Of a stretch of 41,443 bases of DNA, positions 1-9,150 are shown piece by piece (positions within the stretch are counted from its first letter, which is position 1; every line of letters starts with the position of its first letter). A model generated the notes under the pieces. It was not told where the DNA came from. It made no database searches and saw nothing but the letters and a program-made list of their open reading frames with translations. The position numbers were made by a program, and so were the translations under genes. The stretch comes from Alphaproteobacteria bacterium. Lineage in GTDB: Bacteria; Pseudomonadota; Alphaproteobacteria; CAAHEQ01; UBA3637. The DNA lies in the NCBI GenBank assembly GCA_045614105.1, contig JAZLCF010000129.1, positions 1 to 41,443 on the forward strand, given 5' to 3'.

Positions 1-31
1 GGTGTATAATCTTTCATTTTATCCCCTTTAT

Positions 32-330
32 AAAAAGTGGGCATATTCTGTTGCTAGGAATCCCCAAACCCCACTCATGTCGCTAAATGGACCTCAGAAT
101 CAATGTTGCGTTAGACGCCGTTAGGCGGCCATTGCAACGCGAGCATTATCGTTCGCATTTATTTTTTTTAGTCCGATAACGGTGGATACCATGCCGGATA
201 CAAAGCGAAATCTTTACTATGCGTGTCGAAACTTTGTCACCCCCATAAATGGTGGAGGTGTCGGGTACCGCCCCCGAGTCCACAACATCTATTCCATTTG
301 CCGTTTAGCATCTTAGTCAGTTGCCTGACA
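32..330 (-). ncRNA. ssrA: tmRNA (ssrA), circularly permuted two-piece type
   Basis: The reverse complement reads GGACTCGGGGGCGGTACCCGACACCTCCACCA (T-arm, acceptor 3' strand, CCA at 250-252). Five nt later comes GGGGTGACAAAGTTTCGACACG, a canonical tmRNA 5' end starting at 244. The CCA end therefore lies upstream of the 5' acceptor strand, which means a permuted gene. A G:U pair sits at the G3:U70-equivalent position. A tag frame is present (see next feature). A hairpin GTGGGG...GCCCAC followed by TTTTT near 32-75 is the likely 3' end. The inferred pieces (about 80 nt acceptor, about 213 nt coding) are, from memory, similar in size to the two pieces of the Caulobacter two-piece tmRNA. Ends are approximate. 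Confidence 0.85.
121..156 (-). other. tmRNA tag reading frame, ANDNARVAMAA-stop
   Basis: The minus strand reads GCG AAC GAT AAT GCT CGC GTT GCA ATG GCC GCC TAA. The ANDN start and the hydrophobic ...AA end are typical of alphaproteobacterial proteolysis tags. The stop codon lies in the loop of a small GCCG/CGGC hairpin. Confidence 0.8.
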
Positions 331-336
331 AGAACC

Positions 337-365
337 ATTATAGCCTAAAAACGAAAAAAACGCAA
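337..365 (-). promoter_or_regulatory. Candidate sigma70 promoter of ssrA (TTGCGT-N17-TATAAT)
   Basis: On the minus strand, TATAAT is at 342->337 and TTGCGT at 365->360, with a 17-nt spacer. It lies directly after the amidase stop codon and about 7 nt upstream of the inferred acceptor-piece start. Confidence 0.55.
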
Positions 366-367
366 GT

Positions 368-1537
368 TTATTGTTCAACATGCTTCGTAAAGTATGTATT
401 GACGGCGCGGACTAAGGCTTTAGAAAGTTTGGCGCGATAGCTTTCTTTTTGTAGTTGTTTGTCTTCGTCTTTATTGGACAGATAACCCATTTCCAACAAG
501 ACAGATGGCACATTAGGCGATTTTAACACAGCAAATCCAGCATAACGATGTGCCTTGGGACGCAGGGTGACTTCTTTGGCCATTTCCTTTACCACTTCGT
601 CCGCATATTTTGCCGATTGATCCATGGTATAGGTTTTGGCAAAGTCAATCAAAATATTGCCAACCTCAGGCTGATATTCGCTTAAATCCATGCCAAACAA
701 AATATCATCTTTATTCGCTTTTTCCGCCAAAGCAGCGGCTTCTTGGTCAGAGGCTTTTTCTGAAATCGTGTAGACAGACAAACCTTTGGCGGTGGAATTG
801 GCCGCGCTATCCGCGTGGATGGAAATAAACAAATCTGCATTGGCTTTGTGGGCTTTTTCTATGCGTCCGCGCAACGTGACATAATAATCTTTGTCACGCG
901 TCATGACAACTTTATAGCCAGCTTTTTCCAGCAATGTTTTTGTTTCTTTTGCCATTGTGAGCGTCAGATTTTTTTCATATTTACCCGATCTGGAAATAGC
1001 CCCAGGGTCTTGTCCACCATGTCCTGGATCCAACATCACGACCTTCTTTTTGGCCACGGATTTTTTTGGAGTTGGAACAGGTGTGGTGGTGGCCACGGTT
1101 TGTGCGTCATTAGAAAATGCTTTAATGCCAAGTTGAGGGGTTGAGGATTGTAAGTCAATCACGAATCGCCAGGGGGCACCGGCTTGAGGGGAAAGTGTAA
1201 AATGTTTTTCTGAGATCTCATCATTTGGCAAATCCAAAACCACGCGACTGGTGTTTGGGGTTGGAGTACCTGTGCGAATAGCCGAGATAAAGCCTGTGTT
1301 TTCAAACTTCTTATTTAGGGCTGTCTCAGAAAAGGGCGTATTTTCAACATCAACAACCAAACGTGGTGGATTGGACAAACGTGAGAGTTTGATTTCAGCT
1401 CGATCGCTGATATCCACAACAAAGCGCACATTTTGAGGGTCATTGACGGACAGGCGTAAGTCCTGAATCTGTTGCGCGCATGCAGATGTGCTCAGCAACA
1501 TGAAATATAAAAGCAAAAAAAACAACTTTTTGAACAT
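368..1537 (-). CDS. amiC: N-acetylmuramoyl-L-alanine amidase (AMIN domain + Amidase_3), secreted
   Basis: Signal peptide MFKKLFFLLLYFMLLSTSACA. AMIN-like N-terminal region (DLRLSV...RFVVDI...PPRLVVDV). Amidase_3 motifs LDPGHGGQDPGA and ISIHADS. SD GAGGGA upstream of the ATG. Confidence 0.85.
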   Translation of the reverse strand: MFKKLFFLLLYFMLLSTSACAQQIQDLRLSVNDPQNVRFVVDISDRAEIKLSRLSNPPRLVVDVENTPFSETALNKKFENTGFISAIRTGTPTPNTSRVVLDLPNDEISEKHFTLSPQAGAPWRFVIDLQSSTPQLGIKAFSNDAQTVATTTPVPTPKKSVAKKKVVMLDPGHGGQDPGAISRSGKYEKNLTLTMAKETKTLLEKAGYKVVMTRDKDYYVTLRGRIEKAHKANADLFISIHADSAANSTAKGLSVYTISEKASDQEAAALAEKANKDDILFGMDLSEYQPEVGNILIDFAKTYTMDQSAKYADEVVKEMAKEVTLRPKAHRYAGFAVLKSPNVPSVLLEMGYLSNKDEDKQLQKESYRAKLSKALVRAVNTYFTKHVEQ

Positions 1538-1562
1538 TTTCCCTCTAAGTCAAAAAAAACAC

Positions 1563-1591
1563 TTGCTTATTTCTTCATATACCTATATAAT
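1563..1591 (+). promoter_or_regulatory. Candidate sigma70 promoter for rne (TTGCTT-N17-TATAAT)
   Basis: TTGCTT at 1563-1568, a 17-nt spacer, TATAAT at 1586-1591. This would give a 5' UTR of about 170 nt that contains the hairpin AGCAAT-AAAAA-ATTGCT. Confidence 0.45.
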
Positions 1592-1767
1592 AAAAAAAGC
1601 AATAAAAAATTGCTACCAAGAAAATTTTTGATAACAAAGGTGAACATTTTAATGGTTATGATTTATTGCTTTTTATTGTTCATGATGGTTGCTACAACGG
1701 CATACCAGATGTTATCTATTGCATCGCAAGATGCCCCAAAACAATTTAATATAAAGGATTTAAAATT

Positions 1768-3759
1768 ATGTCAAAACAAATGCTTATTGATGCCACGCAT
1801 CCCGAGGAAACGCGCGTGGTCATATTGGATGAGGGTCGGCTGGATGAATTAGATGTCGATACTGCCAACAAAAAACAAATTAAAGGAAATATTTATTTAG
1901 CGAAAGTTGTTCGCGTAGAGCCTTCTTTACAGGCCGCCTTTGTGGAATACGGTGGCAATCGTCATGGCTTTTTGGCGTTTGGGGAAATTCATCCCGATTA
2001 TTACCAAATTCCCGTGGATGATCGTGAGGCTTTAAAGAAAGAGTTGGCCGAAGAGGCCGAAAAGGAAAGCCAAAAAGAGGAGGCCGAAACTGAGTTAGAC
2101 AACATCGGTGAAAATGATGAAATGGTACGGATTCGCCCCTCGTTTTATAAAAAATATCGGATTCAAGAGGTGATTCACCCCGGTCAAGTGATGTTGATTC
2201 AGGTGGTGAAAGAAGAGCGTGGGAATAAAGGCGCCGCGATGACGACTTATTTGTCGTTGGCAGGGCGCTTTTGCGTGTTGATGCCCAACAACGGACATAG
2301 CGGTGGAGTTTCGCGCAAAATTTCCAATGCTCAGGATCGTAAGGATTTGCGTGAAATTGTTGATAAATTGCCAATTCCGGACGGAATGGGCGTGATTGTA
2401 CGTACCGCTGGTCAGGGTAAGACAAAGTCGGACATTAAACGGGATTTTGACTACCTGATGAAAACATGGAGCCAAATTCGTGATTTGACCTTAAAGTCCA
2501 TTGCGCCAAAATTGATTCATGAGGAAGGGGATATTATCAAACGTTCTTTGCGGGATGTGTTTACCTCGGACATTGATGAAATTATCGTGGAGGGGGAACG
2601 TTCCTTTAAAGATACACGGGCGTTGGTGAAATCTTTGATGCCGGCTCAAATTAAAAAGGTTAAGGAATACAAAGGCAAAGTGCCGTTGTTTAGTCAGTAT
2701 CTGGTGGAGGCTCAATTAGAGCAAATTCACAATCATATTGCGCGGTTGCCGTCTGGTGGTTATATCGTGATTGATCAAACAGAGGCGTTGGTGGCTGTGG
2801 ATGTGAACTCGGGGCGATCCACTCGTGAACATGGCATTGAAGAGACGGCTTTACAAACAAATTTGGAAACATGTGAAGAGTTGGCACGCCAATTGCGCTT
2901 ACGTGATTTGGCGGGACTTATTGTGATTGACTTTATTGATATGGATGAAGCCAAAAACAATGCCGCGGTGGAGCGCCATTTGCGTGAGGCTTTGAAGCGG
3001 GATCGGGCGCGGATTCAAGTGGGCCGTATGTCTGGCTTTGGGTTGATTGAGATGACGCGGCAACGGTTGCACTCCAGCTTTTTAGAGTCCAGTTATAAAC
3101 CCTGTCCACATTGTGGTGGATTGGGTGTGGTGCGTTCAGTGGAATCCAGTGCTATGCGTGCTTTGCGTTTATTGGAAGAGGCGGCTATTAAGAATTCTCG
3201 GACCAGTTTGGTTGTTTCTGTTCCTCCGGAAGTGGCTGAATATTTATCCAATCATAAACGGGTTCATCTGTTGGAATTGGAAAAAACTTATCAAGTGGGT
3301 ATTCAGGTTGTGTCTGATGATTCTTTGCTGAAAGTGGACGATTTAAAATTGGAGCGTATTCGCGAGGATGGACAGAAAGTTTTTGTGCCTCAAGAAAATA
3401 TATCTTTACCTCATGGACAAAAGGTGGATTTATCTGCATTAGGTGATGAAATTGTTGTTGGTGACGATGTCAAAGGGCGTCATGGACGTCGTCGGAATAG
3501 AGAGTGGGGGGCACGAAAGACACCAAAAGAAAAACGTACTGATGTTGAAAATTCTGCGCCAATTCCGTCAGAAGAAAATTTTACGGTTGTAGAACAGCAA
3601 TCACTGATGGAGGCACAAGAAAATGAGTCCAAGCAAAAAGGACGTTCTAAAAATAAGCGCCATAAAGGAGAGTCAGAAAAAACGCAACCATCTGAAACAC
3701 AGGAGCAAGAGGCTCCAAAACCCGCCAAAAAAGGTTGGTGGAATAAGTTGGTGAGTTAA
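1768..3759 (+). CDS. rne: Ribonuclease E/G family endoribonuclease (RNase E)
   Basis: The N-terminus MLIDATHPEETRVVILDEGRLDEL...GNIYLAKVVRVEPSLQAAFVEYGGNRHGFL is the S1 domain. The catalytic core includes VAVDVNSG, IVIDFIDM and the Zn-link CPHCGG. The C-terminal tail is basic and acidic low-complexity sequence. Confidence 0.9.
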   Translation: MSKQMLIDATHPEETRVVILDEGRLDELDVDTANKKQIKGNIYLAKVVRVEPSLQAAFVEYGGNRHGFLAFGEIHPDYYQIPVDDREALKKELAEEAEKESQKEEAETELDNIGENDEMVRIRPSFYKKYRIQEVIHPGQVMLIQVVKEERGNKGAAMTTYLSLAGRFCVLMPNNGHSGGVSRKISNAQDRKDLREIVDKLPIPDGMGVIVRTAGQGKTKSDIKRDFDYLMKTWSQIRDLTLKSIAPKLIHEEGDIIKRSLRDVFTSDIDEIIVEGERSFKDTRALVKSLMPAQIKKVKEYKGKVPLFSQYLVEAQLEQIHNHIARLPSGGYIVIDQTEALVAVDVNSGRSTREHGIEETALQTNLETCEELARQLRLRDLAGLIVIDFIDMDEAKNNAAVERHLREALKRDRARIQVGRMSGFGLIEMTRQRLHSSFLESSYKPCPHCGGLGVVRSVESSAMRALRLLEEAAIKNSRTSLVVSVPPEVAEYLSNHKRVHLLELEKTYQVGIQVVSDDSLLKVDDLKLERIREDGQKVFVPQENISLPHGQKVDLSALGDEIVVGDDVKGRHGRRRNREWGARKTPKEKRTDVENSAPIPSEENFTVVEQQSLMEAQENESKQKGRSKNKRHKGESEKTQPSETQEQEAPKPAKKGWWNKLVS

Positions 3760-3773
3760 GATTCTTGTCAAAA

Positions 3774-3802
3774 GGGGCCTATTCGGATAGGCCTCTTTGT
3801 TG
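3774..3802 (+). terminator. Rho-independent terminator after rne
   Basis: A 9-bp stem GGGGCCTAT / ATAGGCCTC (one G:U) with a TCGG loop, followed by TTTGTTG. Confidence 0.6.
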
Positions 3803-3914
3803 ACTGATGTCTTATGACATTGCGCCTAAGGGAAAAAAGATTGGTATTTGAAAAAGATATTGCATTTTGTTTTTTTATGCTTTATTCTGAAAAACATAAG
3901 ATTGAGGAGTAAAA

Positions 3915-4241
3915 ATGCCAAAACCACAAATTGAACAAGAAAAAAATTTTAATATTTTACAGAATGAGTCTGGCAATTTGATGATTTTAATTCGGGCGAG
4001 ATTGGAGGATGCTGACAAGCCCAAATTGGTGTATAATGGCAAGGAACATGCCTTGCTTTATCGCAATGATCATCATACGATTATTTTGGATTATATTCAC
4101 CCTGCTATTCGTAAAACTTTGCGGCGAAAAAAACAAGTATTGATTGTGGAAACAACAAATGGTGCTGTGGTCAGGGAGTATGTGTGTCCTGTGGCTTATT
4201 TGAAAGATATCCCTGTGCCTAAGAATTTAGTGACGATTTAG
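3915..4241 (+). CDS. Hypothetical protein (108 aa)
   Basis: ORF with SD GAGGAG 5 nt upstream of the ATG. No motif recognised. It converges on acyP with only a 6-nt gap. Confidence 0.55.
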   Translation: MPKPQIEQEKNFNILQNESGNLMILIRARLEDADKPKLVYNGKEHALLYRNDHHTIILDYIHPAIRKTLRRKKQVLIVETTNGAVVREYVCPVAYLKDIPVPKNLVTI

Positions 4242-4247
4242 TTTTTA

Positions 4248-4538
4248 TCAAGCGCTGGCGATGATTTGAAATGTGCCCTCTTGAATGGGGGGCGTGTTTG
4301 TATATGGCACTGTCACGGGTTGAATGCCAAGCACCATAGAAAATGAAGGACCTTTTAAGCATTTTTGTAAAAATTGATTGATTGTCTCTTGTTCCCCTTT
4401 GACCATTATTTCTACTGATCCGTCTGAAGCATTACGCACCCAGCCCGATAAATGCATTTGCTGGGCCGTTGTTTCTGCCCAACGTCGATAACCGATTCCT
4501 TGAACTCGACCGATGATTTTAAAGTGTTGTATGCTCAT
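4248..4538 (-). CDS. acyP: Acylphosphatase
   Basis: 96 aa with IGRVQGIGYRRW...SGWVRNASDGSVE, the acylphosphatase signature. ATGA start/stop overlap with the upstream asmA-like gene. Confidence 0.85.
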   Translation of the reverse strand: MSIQHFKIIGRVQGIGYRRWAETTAQQMHLSGWVRNASDGSVEIMVKGEQETINQFLQKCLKGPSFSMVLGIQPVTVPYTNTPPIQEGTFQIIASA

Positions 4539-6823
4539 TGGGTGGATAATGTTTCAAACAATGTGTCCAATAGCTGTTCTTGAAATTTTTTCTTATCAGA
4601 TTGGGCCGCTGGACTTCTTCGTTTTTGTGAAGTCTGTGTTGTTTTTGTTTTTTGAGAGGTTGTTGATTGAAATTTGACTAAAGCGTCTTGTCCTAAAACT
4701 TGCTGACACAGGCCATATTTTGATGAGGATTGATTTTGTGTGCCAGCATTTGTCAATTGCTCCAGTCCGGTTTTGATGAGTGAGGTCGCTACCTTTTGTT
4801 GGTCAACCTTTGGTTCTAGTGCATTAAAGGGACCTGCAATTCTGATAAATTTACTGAATGATAGGATCTCATTTGCCTTGTCAGCATTGACAAGAGTAGG
4901 TTGCAAAACAATGTTCATCGTTTTTTGGGGTAAATTCACGGTTCCTTCCGCTACAATATCCAGGGCATTTGTTTCTAATGCAAATTGTTTTGTGCCAGAA
5001 ATAATGCCGTTATGAAGGGAGATTTTAGCGGCGGCACAATTCAGCATCAATTGGTTATCCGTATTGCTGAATGTAATGTTTTGTGTTTGTTTGCCCAAAT
5101 TGAGCATTTTGGGCAGATTTATCAACCATTTATTGATAATTTGTCCTTGATTGGCCTGCAAAATAACTTGACCATTTAAACTTTGCAACAAAGCCGATAA
5201 GGTATTCCCTTTGGCTGAAAGCGTTGTTTTTGCATCCAGAATAACATTTTGAAGATCCTGTTGTAATGAACGGATGCCATTCAAATTTAAATGCGTGGCT
5301 TGTGCGACCAGCTGAACACTGTGATGTGCTGCTTGTGTCTGAATATCGCCAGAAAGCTGTCCTTCCAAGAGACCTATTTTGAAAGGGGCTTTAAGCTGTC
5401 CTTTGTCAAGTGTAGATTTAGTGGTGACACTCATATAACCAGCCAACCAATTTCCCGTGTTCAAGTGATTGATATTTAAATCCAACGATCCTTGTATCGC
5501 TTTTAACATGTCCCAAGGAAGTTCTGTTTCTTTTTTTGTTGCATTCTTCGGTGCTGGAGTTGCAGGCGTATTGACAGGCTTGTTTTGCATATGAATAAAG
5601 TCATCGGGATCCAGAAAGTCTGATTTTAATGAAATAACGGCGCTGTAAGAGTTCTTGTCTTTACGCTGCAAAACTAAGGCTAATAATGCATCCGATCGAT
5701 TCGCATCAAGCGTTGTTTTTGATGTTTTAATCTTATCCATACTCAACGAAAAATCTCCTGTTACTGAGACGGGCTGTATTGTCCATTCGTTTGTGCCATA
5801 GGGGGTTAAAAGTTGGGCATTCAGATTTAAATCTAAAACGGGATTTTTCATCAGTTGTGTCCCTTTGCCTGTGGCAGATAGATCAAAAAACTTCCCTGCA
5901 TCTGCTTGAAATGTGAATTTTTTAATATCCATTTTATCCAGATCTCCCGCCACTTGTAATTGCATTTCCACACTTTTATTTGGAATCAATGGATGCTGAA
6001 TGGTGAAAAAGTTGAGCAATTCCTTTAAATCATTTGTTTTTAAGGAGGCCGTAGCTTGGATATCCGCAAATTTGATTAAATTGCCAATTTTTCCATTTAA
6101 ATTGAGGTTGCCCAGACGCGATTTAATTTTGATATCCACAGGAAAGTTTGGTTGCTTATTTAAAAATTGAAATAATAAGCCTGTATTTGCAGTCAAATTA
6201 AAGGTTTGTTTGTTATATACAATGCTTGCATCCAGTTTATGGAAGTGTCCTATTTTTAGGTTTTTCAATGTCAAGTTTTGTTTTTGAAGGGTATTGTCAT
6301 AAGAAACATCTAAAGCGTTGATGAGAATTTCATCTATGCGCAGATTTTGTGACAACATAGCCACCGTGTTGGAGGAACTTTTGGGCGTGGATGTAGATGG
6401 CAGTGTTTCTGGGGGGGGCTCAATGCTCCAATTATCTTGTTGTTGATTTTTATAAAGATTGAGAGTTGCTTCATCTACATCAATTTTATGTATAGCGATT
6501 TTAGAATGAATCAATGGAACAAGTTCCAATTCGGCATTCATTTCCTTGATGAATAACAAAGGCTGTTTGTCCTGAAATGGTTCATTATTGGCAATTTGAA
6601 AATTGTTGATTGTTATGGTTGGAACCATGGCAAGTTTCGTGTGCATGGACTCTATGGTCACAGGGTGGTTCAGCAATAAGGTCAGTTTATGTTCAACTAA
6701 ACGCCTGTAATGATTTAAATCAAATGTTAAAAGAAAAAGAGTTAGAGCAATGGTCAAAACAAGAGCAAGAACCAGCACAATTCCCAATGTTTTTTTTACG
6801 ATACGCCAAAGTATTTTAAGCAT
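4535..6823 (-). CDS. asmA: AsmA family outer-membrane biogenesis / lipid transport protein
   Basis: A single N-terminal TM anchor, then an AsmA-like N-domain (FDLNHYRRLVEHKLTLLLNHPVTIE...). The rest is long, beta-rich, N/Q/T/L-rich repetitive sequence. 762 aa. Confidence 0.8.
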   Translation of the reverse strand: MLKILWRIVKKTLGIVLVLALVLTIALTLFLLTFDLNHYRRLVEHKLTLLLNHPVTIESMHTKLAMVPTITINNFQIANNEPFQDKQPLLFIKEMNAELELVPLIHSKIAIHKIDVDEATLNLYKNQQQDNWSIEPPPETLPSTSTPKSSSNTVAMLSQNLRIDEILINALDVSYDNTLQKQNLTLKNLKIGHFHKLDASIVYNKQTFNLTANTGLLFQFLNKQPNFPVDIKIKSRLGNLNLNGKIGNLIKFADIQATASLKTNDLKELLNFFTIQHPLIPNKSVEMQLQVAGDLDKMDIKKFTFQADAGKFFDLSATGKGTQLMKNPVLDLNLNAQLLTPYGTNEWTIQPVSVTGDFSLSMDKIKTSKTTLDANRSDALLALVLQRKDKNSYSAVISLKSDFLDPDDFIHMQNKPVNTPATPAPKNATKKETELPWDMLKAIQGSLDLNINHLNTGNWLAGYMSVTTKSTLDKGQLKAPFKIGLLEGQLSGDIQTQAAHHSVQLVAQATHLNLNGIRSLQQDLQNVILDAKTTLSAKGNTLSALLQSLNGQVILQANQGQIINKWLINLPKMLNLGKQTQNITFSNTDNQLMLNCAAAKISLHNGIISGTKQFALETNALDIVAEGTVNLPQKTMNIVLQPTLVNADKANEILSFSKFIRIAGPFNALEPKVDQQKVATSLIKTGLEQLTNAGTQNQSSSKYGLCQQVLGQDALVKFQSTTSQKTKTTQTSQKRRSPAAQSDKKKFQEQLLDTLFETLSTQ

Positions 6824-7788
6824 TTTTGACTCCTTTTTAAAAAGTTGAAGGGTTGTTTTTGTTCTGTTTCATCAAATCCAAGTAAGTGAAATGTTTCTTG
6901 CATATGTTTGGGTAAATCAGCAACGACAAGAACATGTTTCCCTGTTGTCGGATTTTGAATATCAATCGCTCGTGCGTGCAAGTGTAAGCCTTGTCCCATG
7001 CCATTTAATCCTTTTTTCCCATATTTGTTGTCCCCTAGAATAGGCGTTTTTAAAATTTCTGTCAAGTGGACACGTAACTGATGGGTGCGTCCGGTCAGGG
7101 GGCTGAGTGCTAACCATGATGCTTTTTTGCCTGTGCTATCTATCACTTCATACACCGAGACAGCCTTTTCACCATGGTCAAAATCTATAACTACTTTTTC
7201 TTTCCCTTTTGTGAGGGGGGCATCAATTTTGCCAGACAAGAATTGAGGTTTTCCAGCCACAACCGCCCAATAAACTTTATGAACAGTATGTGTTTTAAAG
7301 GCGTTTGTCAGTTTTGCAGCGATATTGGCTGAACGAGCCAGCACCAATACACCAGATGTTTCCTTATCCAAGCGATGCACGAGGTGTGGTTTTTCATCTT
7401 TTTCAAAGCGAAGGGCGTCTAATAAGCCGTCAATATGTTGTGTTGTTTTGCTGCCTCCTTGAACGGCCAATCCAGCGGGTTTATTTAAAATGATGATTTC
7501 ATTGTCCTTGTAGATGACAAGATCTTGCATCATCTGAATGTCCTTTTTGGAAAGACGCATCGGTTGATCATCGCGTTTGGGTGTGTCAAGTGGTGGTACG
7601 CGAATTTCGTCGCCCGTATGTATATGTGTGGCCGCCGTTGTTTTGGCTTTGTTGAGTTTGATATTTTTGTTTTTAATGAGGCGTTCCAACATGCCATGTT
7701 TTAAATGGGGATAATGACGCTGAAACCAACGATCCAGACGGATATCTTCATCTTTTTCAGAAACTATGGCAAATTCAACGGTTGTCAT
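6796..7788 (-). CDS. rluC: RluA-family 23S rRNA pseudouridine synthase (RluC/RluD-like) with S4 domain
   Basis: HRLDKETSGVLVLARS catalytic motif, S4-like N-terminus (IRLDRWFQRHYP...) and GRTHQLRVH. Start moved to the ATG at 7788 (MTTVEF...), which is preceded by SD AAGGGAG. The 17-codon upstream extension has no SD. Confidence 0.85.
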   Translation of the reverse strand: MTTVEFAIVSEKDEDIRLDRWFQRHYPHLKHGMLERLIKNKNIKLNKAKTTAATHIHTGDEIRVPPLDTPKRDDQPMRLSKKDIQMMQDLVIYKDNEIIILNKPAGLAVQGGSKTTQHIDGLLDALRFEKDEKPHLVHRLDKETSGVLVLARSANIAAKLTNAFKTHTVHKVYWAVVAGKPQFLSGKIDAPLTKGKEKVVIDFDHGEKAVSVYEVIDSTGKKASWLALSPLTGRTHQLRVHLTEILKTPILGDNKYGKKGLNGMGQGLHLHARAIDIQNPTTGKHVLVVADLPKHMQETFHLLGFDETEQKQPFNFLKRSQKCLKYFGVS

Positions 7789-7842
7789 AAAATTCTCCCT
7801 TTTAAAACAAATCATACCGAAAATGAGGCAAAAATGCAAGGG

Positions 7843-9144
7843 TTATGAACTCGTTTTTTTTAATTTTTTGCGCAGGCCATTCCAATAATCTAAACGCTTT
7901 TGTATTTCACGTTCAAAGCCACGTTCTGCTGGGTGATAAAAAATGCGATGATCCATTTCATCTGGAAAGTATTCTTGCCCCGAAAAGCTATCTTTTGTGT
8001 CTGGATCATATTGATAACCTTTGCTGTATCCGATTTCACTCATCAATTTTGTTGGGGCATTTAGGATGTGTTTTGGGGGCATTAAAGAATCTGTCTCTTT
8101 TGCGGTTCTGACAGCATTTCCCCAAGCGCGATAAACACTGATGGATTTTGGGGCGGTGGCCAAATAAACAACCAATCCGGCAACAGCCAAATCACCCTCG
8201 GGTGAGCCCAAACGTTCATAACTGTTCCAAGCGTTGATGGCTTGAACTAACGCTTGTGGATCGGCCAGCCCCACATCCTCGCTGGCAAAACGGGTCAGGC
8301 GGCGTAAAATATATTTCATGTCTTCCCCGGCCGTCACCATGCGTGCTAGCCAGTAAAGAGCCGCATCGGGATCAGATCCTCGCAGTGATTTGTGCAGGGC
8401 GGAGATCAGATTGTAATGTCCTTCACGGTCTTTGTCATAATTGGGTAGTCGTTTTTGTAGCAGTTTTTCCAATTCATTTTTGTCCAAAATTTCATCTTGC
8501 ACCGCATATTGGTAGATCGCCTCAATCAAGTTGATGAAATAACGACCATCGCCATCTGCTAAAGCGCATAAGTATTCGCGTCCGACATCATCTAGAGGGA
8601 GGGGCTTTTGCATAATTTTTTCAGCGCGACTTGCCAATTTCATCAAAGCATTATTATCAAGGCGATTCAGCACAAACACTTTGCAACGGGAAAGCAATGC
8701 GCCGTTTAATTCAAAACTGGGATTTTCGGTTGTGGCGCCAACCAAAATAATTGTGCCGTCTTCTACATAGGGCAAAAAGCCATCTTGTTGAGCCCGATTA
8801 AAACGGTGAATTTCATCCACAAACAGGAGAGTTCCTTGGCCAGCCATGCGCCGTTTTTTTGCTTCATCAAAAACTTTGCGCAAGTCTGCGACGCCTGAAA
8901 AGACAGCAGATAATTGTTCAAAGTGTAGATTGGTTTGTTCGGCCAAAATGCGTGCGATGGTTGTTTTGCCACAGCCAGGGGGCCCCCATAAAATAAAACT
9001 AGATAGACTTTGATTTTGAATCATGCGCGCTAAGGGGCCTTTTTCGCCCAATAAATGATCCTGTCCCACCACTTCCTCTAAACAAGAAGGGCGCATTTTG
9101 TCAGCAAGTGGCTTATGAGCCAACGTTTCAAACAAACTAACCAT
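7843..9144 (-). CDS. rarA: Replication-associated recombination protein A (AAA+ ATPase RarA/MgsA)
   Basis: Walker A GPPGCGKTT, Walker B LFVDEIHRFN, and MgsA C-terminal motifs (YDKDREGHYNLISALHKSLRGSDPDAALYWLARM). Confidence 0.9.
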   Translation of the reverse strand: MVSLFETLAHKPLADKMRPSCLEEVVGQDHLLGEKGPLARMIQNQSLSSFILWGPPGCGKTTIARILAEQTNLHFEQLSAVFSGVADLRKVFDEAKKRRMAGQGTLLFVDEIHRFNRAQQDGFLPYVEDGTIILVGATTENPSFELNGALLSRCKVFVLNRLDNNALMKLASRAEKIMQKPLPLDDVGREYLCALADGDGRYFINLIEAIYQYAVQDEILDKNELEKLLQKRLPNYDKDREGHYNLISALHKSLRGSDPDAALYWLARMVTAGEDMKYILRRLTRFASEDVGLADPQALVQAINAWNSYERLGSPEGDLAVAGLVVYLATAPKSISVYRAWGNAVRTAKETDSLMPPKHILNAPTKLMSEIGYSKGYQYDPDTKDSFSGQEYFPDEMDHRIFYHPAERGFEREIQKRLDYWNGLRKKLKKTSS

Positions 9145-9150
9145 AAGATA

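Noticed and set aside
1610-1852. 80-aa ORF on the plus strand overlapping the rne start
   Set aside because: It has no SD and a hydrophobic, low-complexity translation typical of AT-rich DNA. It overlaps the well-supported rne start and lies in the presumed rne 5' UTR.
7789-7839. N-terminal extensions suggested by the longest-ORF track (rluC here; also 9820-9873, 10522-10536, 11823-11849, 14788-14814, 20507-20521, 34200-34223, 37821-37952, 39324-39335, 39426-39470)
   Set aside because: In each case an internal ATG is preceded by a clear AGGAG-type SD at proper spacing, and it begins the recognisable conserved N-terminus or signal peptide. The extension has no SD, or it overlaps the upstream gene.
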